Shown: positions 19,646 through 29,727, counted from the stretch's first letter. The stretch: DNA of 55,920 bases from a bacterium (GCA_040752695.1 JBFMGO010000029.1:1-55920); one strand, 5' to 3'. Translations and numbers: made by a program. Notes: generated by a model not told the origin, from the letters alone.

Positions 19646-22600
19646 TCACTCTGCAGGAATAGTGACCGTCTGGGTTAGTCCCAAATAATTGTCACGGTTA
19701 ACTATCACGTAGTAGGTCCCGGGTGGAACGTCAAAAAATTCATAATAACCATTCTCATTGGTTACCGTCTTCTGATCCCAGACCTCTGGGCCGTCGGCAT
19801 GATACATTTCCACTGCCGCGCCGGAGACGGGATTGCCATCTTCATCTCTCACCGTACCGGTAACAGCGGGGGGTGCCTGCTCAAGTACGTATATCCACAC
19901 ATCATCCTTTCCAGTAATTGTGCTGTTTGCGTTTACGGTCACGGTCAGCCAGATATGGTAGCTGCCCGCTGTGTCCGCGCTAAACACGGTGTTCTGAGTA
20001 CTTGAGGAATCCAATGAAGCATTGGCACCGGTCTCTATGCTGTTGGGGTCAATTCTCCAGTTTATGGTATAGGGCTCATCAGCAGGATTGATGCCTATCT
20101 GGGCACTCAAGGCAGCCGTCGGTGGATTTCCCATATCTTCCAGGTAAAGCACCTGGTTTTCGCCTGCATCCACGGTCAGGGAAGCTACCCGGATATCGAT
20201 GGTACCGGTAGTCTCCCTGAGCCCATCGCTGACCTTGAGGGAAATGGTATAATCTCCGGTATTCTGAGGTGCTTTCCAGGTGATCTGGCTCGTACCCTGT
20301 CCGGATGGAATCGTTCCTCCGGTGCAAGACCATGCATAGCTGATCTGTCTTCCTTCAGGGTCTGTCACCACAGCCTGGATTGAGATCTGCTCATTAGGCA
20401 GGACGCTTTTCTTCGTTGCAGTCAAACTCGTAATCTGCGGTGCATTATTGGCTGCTACTAGCAGCGGCACCGTTTTACTGCTTGATCGGGGTTGAGCGGC
20501 ATACGTATCCTGAACGGTCACCATGATATCCTGGGTGCCGACATAGACCGGATTATCCGGTACGGTCCAGCTAAGAGCGGGGCCCGTGCCGATGGTTACC
20601 CCCCGGCAGGACCAGGTGTAGGTGAGAGGATAGATTCCAGCAGGATCGTCCGGATCAACCGCCTTGGCGGTGAGTTTCACCGTATCTGCCAGAATGCACT
20701 GGCCGGGCACGACCCCGATCGATGTAACCACCGGCGCCCTGTTAGCCAGAACGGTCAGGGATACCCCTTTTTCCGCCTTCTTGCCCCCGCTGTCGGTTAC
20801 CGTCACCCGTACGGTGAATTCCGCAGGCTTATTTGCATCGAACTCATCTCCCTCGAACAGATCTGCGGGAATAATCAGACTCGCATTCTGGCCATTCGGA
20901 TAGGTTAAAGACCATTCGGAATCCGATACCGCTCGTGCGTTCGGGTCTATGATTTTCCATGTATAGTGCAGACTCAAGGGATCTCCATCCGGGTCATAGG
21001 CGACCACACTAAAGCTTTGGGTTCCTCCCGGTATGCCGGTTATCGCCTTTGACGGTGTCATGAGGAGGATCACCGGAGCCTCGTTCTGGGTTTCACAGGA
21101 CACTGCCTCTACCACAAGACTGATACTGGCTGTGCCGTTATCCTTCCCATCCGATACCGACACGGTCATAGAATACTTGCCGAGCTGAGGGACCTTCCAG
21201 GAGAAACGGCTGGGACTGTCAGCGGGGCTTAAGGTTTTATCCTGCATGATGAGCGGCGGGAGGGCCTTGACGATTACCGTATAGGTTAAGGGGTCATCAT
21301 CAGGATCGATAGCCGTAATATTGAGAGTGACTTTCGTCGAGTTGGGATCGGTCCAGCACACTTTAAGGCCCGGCAGAATGTCTACCTTCCGGATAATTGG
21401 CCGGAAGTTATTCACTTCCAGGTTTACATCCGCGACCGTCTCGGTAAGACCTCTTTCAGGAGTGGAAAAAGTGCGAAAGGCCGGTTTGTACTTATCCCTA
21501 TCCCTGTCACAGGAAAAGGCCACCAGAACCTCGTTCAGATTGGCGGGGACAATCAGCGTATACGTGCCATCGGCGCCCGTCAGGTCGCGGCCTCCGTATT
21601 CGCTGACGACCGCGACATCCTGCAGCGGCTTGCCGTTGCCCATCACCCTGCCGGTAATCCTGGCTACCCTGCTGTCAAGATGAAAATCGACCTGTTGCTC
21701 ACTATCAGATATGTTCGTAGATACCGTCTTTCGGTCAACCTCCACGATTCCAGCCTCAGGGATGGCTAACCTGGCCACGGCATCGAACTTGGTGCCCGCC
21801 GGCACTTTCAGCTCATACTCTCCCGTATTGGGATCAGACAGAGCAAAGGTGCCCAGCGTGGTGGAAATCCGGATATTGGGAAGCGGCTTATCGCCACTGG
21901 CGGGATCTGTTACGGTCCCATAGAGCCAGACAGACTGCACCCTGAAGGTTACGTTCGGATCGTCCCCCTGCTGCGTGTTCGGGTCCAGCCAACTGATGGT
22001 CCGGCGCTGCTCCAGGTATGTTCCGTTCTGGGCATAGTAGCGGTAGGAGATATTGACCAGTTCGGTGCCCCGTTCCACTACTACCTGGTAATTGCCCTGA
22101 GCATCGTTGGCCGTTGTAAACCCGGTATCGGCGGTAATCTTGACCTCCTTACCGGTCAGCGTCTTTTGTGTGCCATCGTCATTGATGATGGTTATGGTCC
22201 CCCGGACGTATTGGGGCGAGAGGTTAATGCTGACGATGGCATTGGGATCGCCGCAGGGAATATCCTCATTCCCTACCCACAGGTTGTGACCGACATGATA
22301 GTTGATCCGGTTATTGGTATAGGAGACTTTCAGCTTTACCTTTCTGTTCGGGGCTGATATCAGGTGGAATTCTCCGTTGGGATCGGTAAATTTTCCACCT
22401 GCGGTACTGGCATACACATAAGCGCCATGGATACCGCTGTTATTCTGGCTGTTCACTACCCGTCCGCAGATTTTCACCAGGTGAAAATCGATGTCCACCC
22501 GTTTGCAGTCGTCTCTGTTTTCATCATTTTCGTCTTTTTGCTGATCCACGTAAACGGCGTTGGGGTCCTGGACCTCATACTCGCCGAGCTGAGCAGTGAT

Positions 22601-24463
22601 GCGGGTCAAGGCGTTCTTCTTGACAGTAACCACATAGTCGCCGTTTGGGTCGGTCATGGCGAAGCTCTGCCCCTGGTAATCCACACCTTCGGCCCTGATC
22701 TGCACTCCGGCCAGCCCATTTTCATGCAGCCTGTCGTACACACGGCCATGGATGCAGCCGTGGGTTGTTACCGGCCAATCCACATTCCACCAGCTAAAAT
22801 GGGTGGCTGTGGCTACAGCGTAGACTACTTCATCTATCAGGATCAATTCCGCCTGCTGCTCGGAGAGATCCCAGGTGCTGTCGTTCGGGTCATAGGCATA
22901 CCAGGGGATAGACCGCTCTCCGCGATTATAGCTCTGACGATACATCTGCTGGAGGGCATCAGGAAGGCGGAACCGGATTTTCACGCCATCCTCAAGATCA
23001 ATGTCGTTGACTGGCGTGCCGTCTTCATATTCCAGAGTGAATTCCCCCAGGACCACTGACTCGAGCTTTTTCTCCCTCTCATCCTCTTCCCCGGCAGCAT
23101 TGGGATCACTGGTAGTGAAGTCTCCGGGGAAGGCGTCGATTTCTTTGGTAGGATCGAGGGGAGTTATCTTGACATAAATAGCGGGCTCCTCCTGTTCTGC
23201 GGCGTAGCGGGCCGGAAAAGCGCTCTTGCGGCGGGACAGGGTATGGCGAATCCTGCGCAGATCTTTCGGGGAGAAAGTCAGCGACATGGCATCATCCATG
23301 GCGTTTATCTCTAATTCTCCCTCATCCAGGTACCGGGCACGGGCACGGGAACTGGCCACGATTCCTCCCTCCATATCCAGCTTCACCCGGGAAACGACCG
23401 CCTTCATGATAACGACCACCCCCTGACTCTTTTCCTCAGGAGAAATTTTAGCCACAGTCTGAGTGCTGGCGTAGCCGGGTGCCTTCATGTCTATGATCAA
23501 ATCCATTCCGACAGGCAGTTGAGAAAAGAAGAAATTCCCATTTTCATCCGTCTGACTCTTAAAAGCCGTACCGCGGATGGAGGCAGTGGCCCCCGCGACA
23601 GGGCTTTGCGAATCCAGGTCGAATACACTGCCGGTCAATTGGCCTTTTCCGCGGTCTGCCGCTGCGGCCAGGGCCAGATACTTGCTCAGACTGGCCTCTT
23701 GAGGCAGCCAGCCACCGGCAATGCGGTCAATTACCCGGTCTATGCTGCCTGCATTCGGGTCATCCTGATTCACCTGATAACTTATCAAATTGCTGATCCG
23801 CCGCACCAAAGCAGCATTCTGAGCGGATTGGGCAGCATTGCTGCTGAACCCGGAAAGATCACTGCTGGAGATAATTCCGGGGGAATTGGCATCGATCTGC
23901 TGCAATTTCATCTGTAGCAAGACAAGGGCAGTATCCAGGCTGATGCCTGGATTTTTCACAAGATACGACCGCAGTAAAGAGGTGATGGGATTCAGGTGGA
24001 CCTGCAACGATTTATGCTGCGTGTCGCCACCGGTGGTCGATCCTGCATCGTTCTCTGCATCCTTCAGGGAGGCTACACCGTACAGAATGCCATTGAATTC
24101 CGCGCCGGAATTGGCGAATCTCCCACCCTCAGCCCTGGTGTAGAGTACTTGCGTATCGTCATCTACCTCTACCTGCGTTTGGTAGGTTCCGTTGTAAAGA
24201 GTGCTGGTGCGGGCGATGGGGTGATTGGGATCGGTTACGTAAAAGATAACATTGGCATCGGCCAGGATGTCGTCATAAACTTCTCCCGTGAGATTAAGGG
24301 TGAGGGTGGTTTCATCTCCGCCGCCACCACCTCCTCCACCTCCATCTATTGCGTCGTCTGTTTGAGAGCTGCCACCACCACCTCCTCCACAGCCGGAGAT
24401 CAGGAAGGCTGTTAAAAAGGCAATCATGAGATGGATCAGAAAAGATTTTTTATTTTTCCTCAT
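19646..24463 (-). CDS. Large surface lipoprotein (1605 aa) with repeated carboxypeptidase-regulatory-like and PKD/Ig domains
   Basis: Signal peptide LISGC followed by poly-Gly tether; repeated GxVxD...GA...TDxNGxY units; NxAPxI...DPDxDPLxYxW Ig/PKD repeats; HFSWWNVD motif. Confidence 0.85.
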   Translation of the reverse strand: MRKNKKSFLIHLMIAFLTAFLISGCGGGGGGSSQTDDAIDGGGGGGGGGDETTLTLNLTGEVYDDILADANVIFYVTDPNHPIARTSTLYNGTYQTQVEVDDDTQVLYTRAEGGRFANSGAEFNGILYGVASLKDAENDAGSTTGGDTQHKSLQVHLNPITSLLRSYLVKNPGISLDTALVLLQMKLQQIDANSPGIISSSDLSGFSSNAAQSAQNAALVRRISNLISYQVNQDDPNAGSIDRVIDRIAGGWLPQEASLSKYLALAAAADRGKGQLTGSVFDLDSQSPVAGATASIRGTAFKSQTDENGNFFFSQLPVGMDLIIDMKAPGYASTQTVAKISPEEKSQGVVVIMKAVVSRVKLDMEGGIVASSRARARYLDEGELEINAMDDAMSLTFSPKDLRRIRHTLSRRKSAFPARYAAEQEEPAIYVKITPLDPTKEIDAFPGDFTTSDPNAAGEEDEREKKLESVVLGEFTLEYEDGTPVNDIDLEDGVKIRFRLPDALQQMYRQSYNRGERSIPWYAYDPNDSTWDLSEQQAELILIDEVVYAVATATHFSWWNVDWPVTTHGCIHGRVYDRLHENGLAGVQIRAEGVDYQGQSFAMTDPNGDYVVTVKKNALTRITAQLGEYEVQDPNAVYVDQQKDENDENRDDCKRVDIDFHLVKICGRVVNSQNNSGIHGAYVYASTAGGKFTDPNGEFHLISAPNRKVKLKVSYTNNRINYHVGHNLWVGNEDIPCGDPNAIVSINLSPQYVRGTITIINDDGTQKTLTGKEVKITADTGFTTANDAQGNYQVVVERGTELVNISYRYYAQNGTYLEQRRTISWLDPNTQQGDDPNVTFRVQSVWLYGTVTDPASGDKPLPNIRISTTLGTFALSDPNTGEYELKVPAGTKFDAVARLAIPEAGIVEVDRKTVSTNISDSEQQVDFHLDSRVARITGRVMGNGKPLQDVAVVSEYGGRDLTGADGTYTLIVPANLNEVLVAFSCDRDRDKYKPAFRTFSTPERGLTETVADVNLEVNNFRPIIRKVDILPGLKVCWTDPNSTKVTLNITAIDPDDDPLTYTVIVKALPPLIMQDKTLSPADSPSRFSWKVPQLGKYSMTVSVSDGKDNGTASISLVVEAVSCETQNEAPVILLMTPSKAITGIPGGTQSFSVVAYDPDGDPLSLHYTWKIIDPNARAVSDSEWSLTYPNGQNASLIIPADLFEGDEFDANKPAEFTVRVTVTDSGGKKAEKGVSLTVLANRAPVVTSIGVVPGQCILADTVKLTAKAVDPDDPAGIYPLTYTWSCRGVTIGTGPALSWTVPDNPVYVGTQDIMVTVQDTYAAQPRSSSKTVPLLVAANNAPQITSLTATKKSVLPNEQISIQAVVTDPEGRQISYAWSCTGGTIPSGQGTSQITWKAPQNTGDYTISLKVSDGLRETTGTIDIRVASLTVDAGENQVLYLEDMGNPPTAALSAQIGINPADEPYTINWRIDPNSIETGANASLDSSSTQNTVFSADTAGSYHIWLTVTVNANSTITGKDDVWIYVLEQAPPAVTGTVRDEDGNPVSGAAVEMYHADGPEVWDQKTVTNENGYYEFFDVPPGTYYVIVNRDNYLGLTQTVTIPAE

Positions 24464-24694
24464 AAGCCAGAGCTCCTTCGCTTCAGGGGGTTAAAGGATG
24501 TTTAGAGGCTGTCCGATAACGCAAATTGCCTTAAAAAGTAAGGGTAAACGATCAATTTTGAGTGTAAACGATATATAAACGATAAATAATGTAACGTTAA
24601 ATATTATAATTAATATATATTGTAAACGATAAATTTAGATAGATTAACCACAATAAATTTTGCTTATACACAGTAGCCATCACATCCGCTCTTT

Positions 24695-24720
24695 GTCATT
24701 CCCGCCTTTGCGGGAATGAC
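24695..24720. repeat. REP-like palindrome GTCATTCCCGC-CTTT-GCGGGAATGAC
   Basis: Perfect 11-bp inverted repeat containing ATTCCC-N8-GGGAAT. Confidence 0.75.
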
Positions 24721-25240
24721 GGGATTAGATGCCTTTTCCAATAGGTGTGTTGCTTTATCAATATGAGCGAAAAAGAATATTGGTGCGCTGCCGAATACAG
24801 GATATTTATGTGCTATCGAATACAGATACTTATGCGCCGCCAAAAAAGAATACCTGTGCGCTGCCGCCTATATCTCTTTTGGGCTGAATATGCGATGTAA
24901 ATTATGAGAGATTGTATGGAAGAGGACTGTTTTTCCAGTACCTTCCCGGCTATTCGCTCATCCCCGACCTATTTGTATGTCTCCGGCTATTTGCACGTCC
25001 CGGCTATTCACATATCTCCGGCTATTCGCATGTCTGCCTGAGAGATTATGAGTCTAAAGGATTTTTTCAAGAGCAGGAATTGGTGTAGAAACATCCGGGT
25101 GAGTTCTCTGGTAATGAATTTTTTATCGGCAGGAAAAGTCCTGCCTTCGGAAAAAAAGGAAATGTCTTGTGTTGAATCCTGACGTAATGGAAGCAGTAAA
25201 TAAATGAGCCATTAGGACAAAGATATCATGAACTTAAGGA

Positions 25241-25260
25241 AAAAGGGGACAGACTTATTT
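25241..25260 (+). repeat. Left copy of an imperfect inverted repeat flanking the Uma2 gene
   Basis: AAAAGGGGACAGACTTATTT; its reverse complement matches 26285-26304 at 17/20 positions. Confidence 0.65.
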
Positions 25261-25678
25261 TCTTTTATGGACAAAGGCCGCGCGACTAAAAAAGTAGAGA
25301 GACAGGAAGATTTCTTCTCCCGCCTCTCACGGAACCGGGGACGTGCCGCTTTCTCGAATCCGACTCTTTAATCAGTTTATTCCCCTGCATTTTTGCCTGC
25401 CAGTTTCTTAATATCTGCCTGTTTCCTCAATCCTGCCTGTTCTCTCTCTCTCTGTATGTATGTATGTCTACTTCTTGCCAGTCTTATCAAGCCCTGCTTT
25501 TTCTCTTCCAAAAAGCCCTGAGCCTGAAGTTACGATTGCCCTCGCGATTACCCTAGATTTAGCTTGACGCTGCCTTCTTTTTCTTATACCCTTGTAACAA
25601 GGATTTCGGCCTCTACTATTACGATAAGACAAACAGCAAGGGGCCATGATTGTCCTTTGAGAATGGGAGAATAGATGC

Positions 25679-26245
25679 ATGAAAACACAAGATACCGCTA
25701 TGCATCAAGATACCAAATTCACCTATGAGGATTATCTTCATTTTCCGGAAGATAAAAGGTATGAGATTATCGATGGGGAGGTTAGTTTGGCACCATCACC
25801 AGATAAGATTCATCAAGATATATCAAGAAATTTAGAGTTTATCCTCTGGGAATTTGTCAAAAAAAATGATCTTGGCCTGGTGTATGATGCTCCCTTTGAT
25901 GTGGTCTTATCTGATATCGATATTGTTCAACCCGATCTTGTCTTCGTCTCCAAAGAGCGAAAGCTTATCGTGACGGAGAAAAACATCCAGGGGGCTCCGG
26001 ACATTGTCATTGAAATCCTTTCTCCCTCATCACAATACAAGGATAAAGTTATTAAGGCCAAGTTGTACAAGAAATTTGGGATAAGGGAATACTGGCTCAT
26101 CGATCCACAGGAAAAGCAAATCACCCTTCATGACTTTAGATCATCCAAAAGGAAGTCATCCACTGCCATCTATAGCTTTGACGAGATTTTCGAATCGCCT
26201 CTCTTAGCCGGGCTGAAAATAAGCCTGAAAGAACTTTTCATATAG
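25679..26245 (+). CDS. Uma2 family PD-(D/E)XK endonuclease
   Basis: YEIIDGEV..APSP...HQ, VQPDLVFV, APDIVIEILSPS, K..LY...GIREYWLIDP. Confidence 0.93.
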   Translation: MKTQDTAMHQDTKFTYEDYLHFPEDKRYEIIDGEVSLAPSPDKIHQDISRNLEFILWEFVKKNDLGLVYDAPFDVVLSDIDIVQPDLVFVSKERKLIVTEKNIQGAPDIVIEILSPSSQYKDKVIKAKLYKKFGIREYWLIDPQEKQITLHDFRSSKRKSSTAIYSFDEIFESPLLAGLKISLKELFI

Positions 26246-26284
26246 CTGGGCATTTGCTATTCGCGCAACCCTTGCCCATGAGAA

Positions 26285-26304
26285 TAATAAATCCGTCCCC
26301 TTTT
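26285..26304 (-). repeat. Right copy of the inverted repeat flanking the Uma2 gene
   Basis: TAATAAATCCGTCCCCTTTT. Confidence 0.65.
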
Positions 26305-26683
26305 ACATCTTTTTACATCTGAAATTTGGTTCAGTGAATTAAGGCGGGGTGCTCAAGAGCGAATTGGTTTATTTTTTCTCAACCGATATATCAATATACA
26401 GTGAAAGAAATGTGTCAAATTGGTGGGAAATACCTTTAGATGCAGACAAACATACATGTACATATACACGTGCAGATATATCTATAAAGTGCATCTGTGG
26501 ATATATATATAAATATGCGCATACACACACATGTAGGTGTGCATAGACATGCAGATGTACATACACGTGCAAGTGCAGGTGCATATCAGACAGAGATCAC
26601 AACTGCCTGGCAAGCGCCAGGAAGGGTTCGTTTTTCCCCATTTTGGTTTTTCCCTCATTATGGGGAGAGAGGAGATTTGAGCA

Positions 26684-27316
26684 ATGATGCTGGATTCAAA
26701 AGTAATGGCCAAAGTCAGGGACCGGTTTGCCGGTCTTCAGGAGAAGGTAAAACTTATCGTCTTTACACAGGAGATAGAATGTGAATTCTGTCAGGAAAAC
26801 CGCAAGCTGAATGAGGAGATTGCTTCTGCTTCAGATAAGGTTACCTTTGAAATCCTCGATTTCCAAAAGAATCGAATTGAGGCGGAGCGCTACCGCATCA
26901 ATCAAATTCCCGCTACGGTGGTTATGGGAGAGAAGGATTATGGCATACGTTTCTATGGAATCCCCTGCGGATATGAATTTAACTCTCTGATGGACAGCAT
27001 CTTAATGGTTTCCCGAAGAGAATCGGGCCTGTCGCAGGAAAGTAAAAAAAGGCTGCGGGACTGGAAGAAGCCAAGCCGCATCCAGGTTCTGGTTACGCTT
27101 ACCTGCCCTTACTGTTTTCAGGCTGTTAAGACTGCCCATCAACTGGCTTTTGAGAATGAATTCATAACCGCCGAAATGGTCGATACCGCCGAATTCCCCC
27201 ACTTGATAGGCAAATATCAGGTTTATGGCGTGCCAAAAGTGGTGATCAATGAAACGGTTCAGTTCGAGGGCGCACTGCCTGAGGCAGCATTCATCGACCG
27301 GCTTTTAAAGGCATGA
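26684..27316 (+). CDS. Protein disulfide oxidoreductase (PDO; two thioredoxin folds, AhpF N-domain-like)
   Basis: CEFC and CPYC motifs; GIRFYGIPxGYEFxS; VYGVPKVVIN..FEGA. Confidence 0.9.
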   Translation: MMLDSKVMAKVRDRFAGLQEKVKLIVFTQEIECEFCQENRKLNEEIASASDKVTFEILDFQKNRIEAERYRINQIPATVVMGEKDYGIRFYGIPCGYEFNSLMDSILMVSRRESGLSQESKKRLRDWKKPSRIQVLVTLTCPYCFQAVKTAHQLAFENEFITAEMVDTAEFPHLIGKYQVYGVPKVVINETVQFEGALPEAAFIDRLLKA

Positions 27317-27319
27317 TCC

Positions 27320-28210
27320 ATGGCTCCCCTCCCTTCTTTTTCACTTCAGGAAGAATATGACCTGATTATCATCGGGGCAGGCCCCGCTGGAATTTCGGGA
27401 GCTATCAATGCCGCACGTCATAAGGCCAGCTTCCTGCTCCTGGATCAGGCCGCCCCGATGGAAAAGATCCGGGTTTATGGCCAGGTTGCCAATTACCCTG
27501 GCCTGGGTATCGTAAAAGGTGAAGAACTGGCCCGAAGATTTCTTGATCACCTTTTGGCTTTTCAGATTGCTCCGCAAAGGGAGCGGGTAATGAAGATTGC
27601 CAGGGAAGCGGATGCTTATCAGATTTATGGCCACGAGAAAGTGTACAGGGCCAGAGCCGTACTTTTAGCTCCAGGCATCGTCTATGAGAAAAAAATTCCG
27701 GGGGAAGAGGCGCTGTTGGGCAAGAGAGTCAGCTACTGCCTGAGCTGCGATGGTCTATTGTACGCTGGAAAAAGGGTGGGAGTAATCGCAGAAGACCCCG
27801 AAGGGGAATCTGAAGCTGTAAGCCTGCAGCAAAATTATGGCTCGCAGGTTATCTTCTATGCCACCTATCTTTCCGTTGCCACTTCCTCATTCCATGAAGT
27901 TTACCCCAATGCCCGCGTTCAGAGACTGGAAAAGACAGATCGAGGAGTCACCATCATCGCCGAAAAGCAAACAGACCGGGAAGTGAACGGAGTTTTCATC
28001 TTTCGCAAAGGAACCTCCCCTGCCAGTCTGTCACCCTCCCTGGACATGGATAAACAGCATGTGCGCGTCGGCAGAAATATGCAAACTAATTTACCAGGCA
28101 TTTTCTGTGCCGGTGATTCCACCGGCACACCATACCAGATTGGTAAAGCAGTAGGAGAGGGGCAGGTAGCTGCCCTCGCAGCCATCAAGTATCTGGCTGC
28201 ATTGAAGTAA
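27320..28210 (+). CDS. Thioredoxin reductase-like flavoprotein
   Basis: IIGAGPAG FAD motif, VSYCLSCDG redox CxxC, TNLPGIFCAGD; canonical GGGxxA NADPH motif absent. Confidence 0.85.
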   Translation: MAPLPSFSLQEEYDLIIIGAGPAGISGAINAARHKASFLLLDQAAPMEKIRVYGQVANYPGLGIVKGEELARRFLDHLLAFQIAPQRERVMKIAREADAYQIYGHEKVYRARAVLLAPGIVYEKKIPGEEALLGKRVSYCLSCDGLLYAGKRVGVIAEDPEGESEAVSLQQNYGSQVIFYATYLSVATSSFHEVYPNARVQRLEKTDRGVTIIAEKQTDREVNGVFIFRKGTSPASLSPSLDMDKQHVRVGRNMQTNLPGIFCAGDSTGTPYQIGKAVGEGQVAALAAIKYLAALK

Positions 28211-28212
28211 GG

Positions 28213-28456
28213 AGTCAGGGCAGAAGTCAGGCCAGGGAGCAGGGCAGGGGGGACAGTGGCCGGAGGCCAGGGAGCATCAGTGGTCAGGGCAAAGGGGCAG
28301 GAGCTAGAGGCCAGGGAACAGGCAGCAGTCATGGCAGGGGGTCAGGGCAGTGGCCGGAGATCAGGGCAGCAGTCAGCATTCAGGGCAGGGGGGCAGAAGC
28401 CGGAGGTCAGGGCCGCAGGCAGAAGTCAGGAGTCAGCAGTCAGGAATCAGGGACAG
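28213..28456. repeat. Degenerate short tandem repeats (AGTCAGG/CAGGGCAG units) between converging genes
   Basis: Many gtcagggcag / gccagggagc units; only low-complexity ORFs. Confidence 0.7.
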
Positions 28457-28494
28457 TGAGAGACTCTCTCTCTCCTTTGTTACACAGTGGTTAC

Positions 28495-29727
28495 TTATTC
28501 TGCTTTTTTTCCCATGATCAAATCCTGGTAGAATTCCAGAGTTTGCCGGGCCACGCTTTTCCAACTGAAGTATTTTTCTACTCTGGTCCTGGCCTTATGG
28601 CCCATCAGCTCTCTTTTTTCCGGTGAGGACAAAAGGCTGTTTATGGCAAGAGCCAGATCCTGCGAGAACTTATCCGGGTCCTTCGGCTCCCAGTCACCAG
28701 GGCCGCGAGATTCGAGCGGAACCAATAAGCCGGTCTCCCCGTGCACGACTACCTCAGGGATTCCCCCCACGCTGGAGGCGACTACCGGCGTTTCACAGGC
28801 CATGGCTTCCAGGTTGATGATTCCGAAAGGCTCATAAACGGACGGGCAGACAAATATCGATGCGTGGGTATAGAGGTTGATAACCTGATCTACGGGAAGT
28901 ACCTGCGGTATCCAGATGACCCTGTTCCCGGTCTGAGATCTGGCATCTTCAACCTTTTCGGCCATTTCACGGCCGATTTCTTCTGTATCGGGAGCCCCTG
29001 CACAAAGCACTACCTGTACTCCCGGATGTAAGTGTCTGATGGCCCTGACCAGATGAATAATCCCCTTTTGCCTGGTGATTCGACCTACAAAGAGAATGAA
29101 TGGCTGGTCGGGATCTATTTCATATGTGGCCAGAGTGGCCCGATCCGGACTGGGCTTGTACCGGTCCAGGTCAATGCCGTTGGGGATGATGCGGATCTTT
29201 TCCACGGGAACATGGTATAGTTCATGGACATCCCTCTTCATGGCCTGGGATACGGCAACAACCCCGTCAGCGATTTTGTAGGCATTGCGTTCAATCCAGG
29301 TACTGACCTTATAGGCTGAACCCATCTGCTCCTCTTTCCAGGGTCTATGGGGCTCCAGTGAATGAGTGGAAAGAACCAGGGGGATACCAAGGAGCTGCTT
29401 GATCAGGCAGCCCGCAAAATGGGTATACCAGGTGTGAGCATGAACAATGTCGGCCTCAGGCAAAGATTCTGTCATGACAATATCTCTCAGCAGGGTGTCC
29501 ATCAGCCTTTTGTGCCGTGGGTCCTGAAGAGGGATATCAATAGGTGACTGGATACCCTTCACGATCTTATTCTCGAAGTGCTCCTTCTGATCGCCAAAAC
29601 AAAGAATCCTGATGGCGTGTTTTTTCTCTTCCAGGGCTGCCAACTCCTGAGTAAGATATTGCACGTGAACTCCGGCTCCGCCATAGATATTGGGAGGGTA
29701 TTCATTGGTTATAATAGCAATTTTCAT
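28495..29727 (-). CDS. glgA: GT4 glucosyltransferase, actinobacterial-type glycogen synthase / GlgM-like
   Basis: TNEYPPNIYGGAGVHV, HAHTWY, HSLEPHRPWKEEQ, FVGRITRQKG, PSVYEPFGIINLEAMAC; start at ATG 29727 with SD AGGAG. Confidence 0.88.
   Translation of the reverse strand: MKIAIITNEYPPNIYGGAGVHVQYLTQELAALEEKKHAIRILCFGDQKEHFENKIVKGIQSPIDIPLQDPRHKRLMDTLLRDIVMTESLPEADIVHAHTWYTHFAGCLIKQLLGIPLVLSTHSLEPHRPWKEEQMGSAYKVSTWIERNAYKIADGVVAVSQAMKRDVHELYHVPVEKIRIIPNGIDLDRYKPSPDRATLATYEIDPDQPFILFVGRITRQKGIIHLVRAIRHLHPGVQVVLCAGAPDTEEIGREMAEKVEDARSQTGNRVIWIPQVLPVDQVINLYTHASIFVCPSVYEPFGIINLEAMACETPVVASSVGGIPEVVVHGETGLLVPLESRGPGDWEPKDPDKFSQDLALAINSLLSSPEKRELMGHKARTRVEKYFSWKSVARQTLEFYQDLIMGKKAE

Noticed and set aside
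11646..24463. DPN sites as canonical PglB N-glycosylation sequons
   Set aside because: The canonical sequon excludes Pro at -1 and needs Ser/Thr at +2, which most sites lack; kept only as a non-canonical hypothesis
24695..24720. ATTCCC-N8-GGGAAT as a Neisseria dRS3 element
   Set aside because: Single copy; the motif is a generic REP-like hairpin and gene content is not Neisseria-like
26349..26784. Short His/Tyr/Cys-rich ORFs (26349-26546, 26369-26584, 26497-26784)
   Set aside because: Translations of the alternating purine-pyrimidine tract; no domain features
28256..28459. Gly/Gln/Ala-rich ORF, and similar ORFs at 29782-30147 and 9308-9661
   Set aside because: Products of intergenic tandem repeats or alternate frames; no RBS or family motifs
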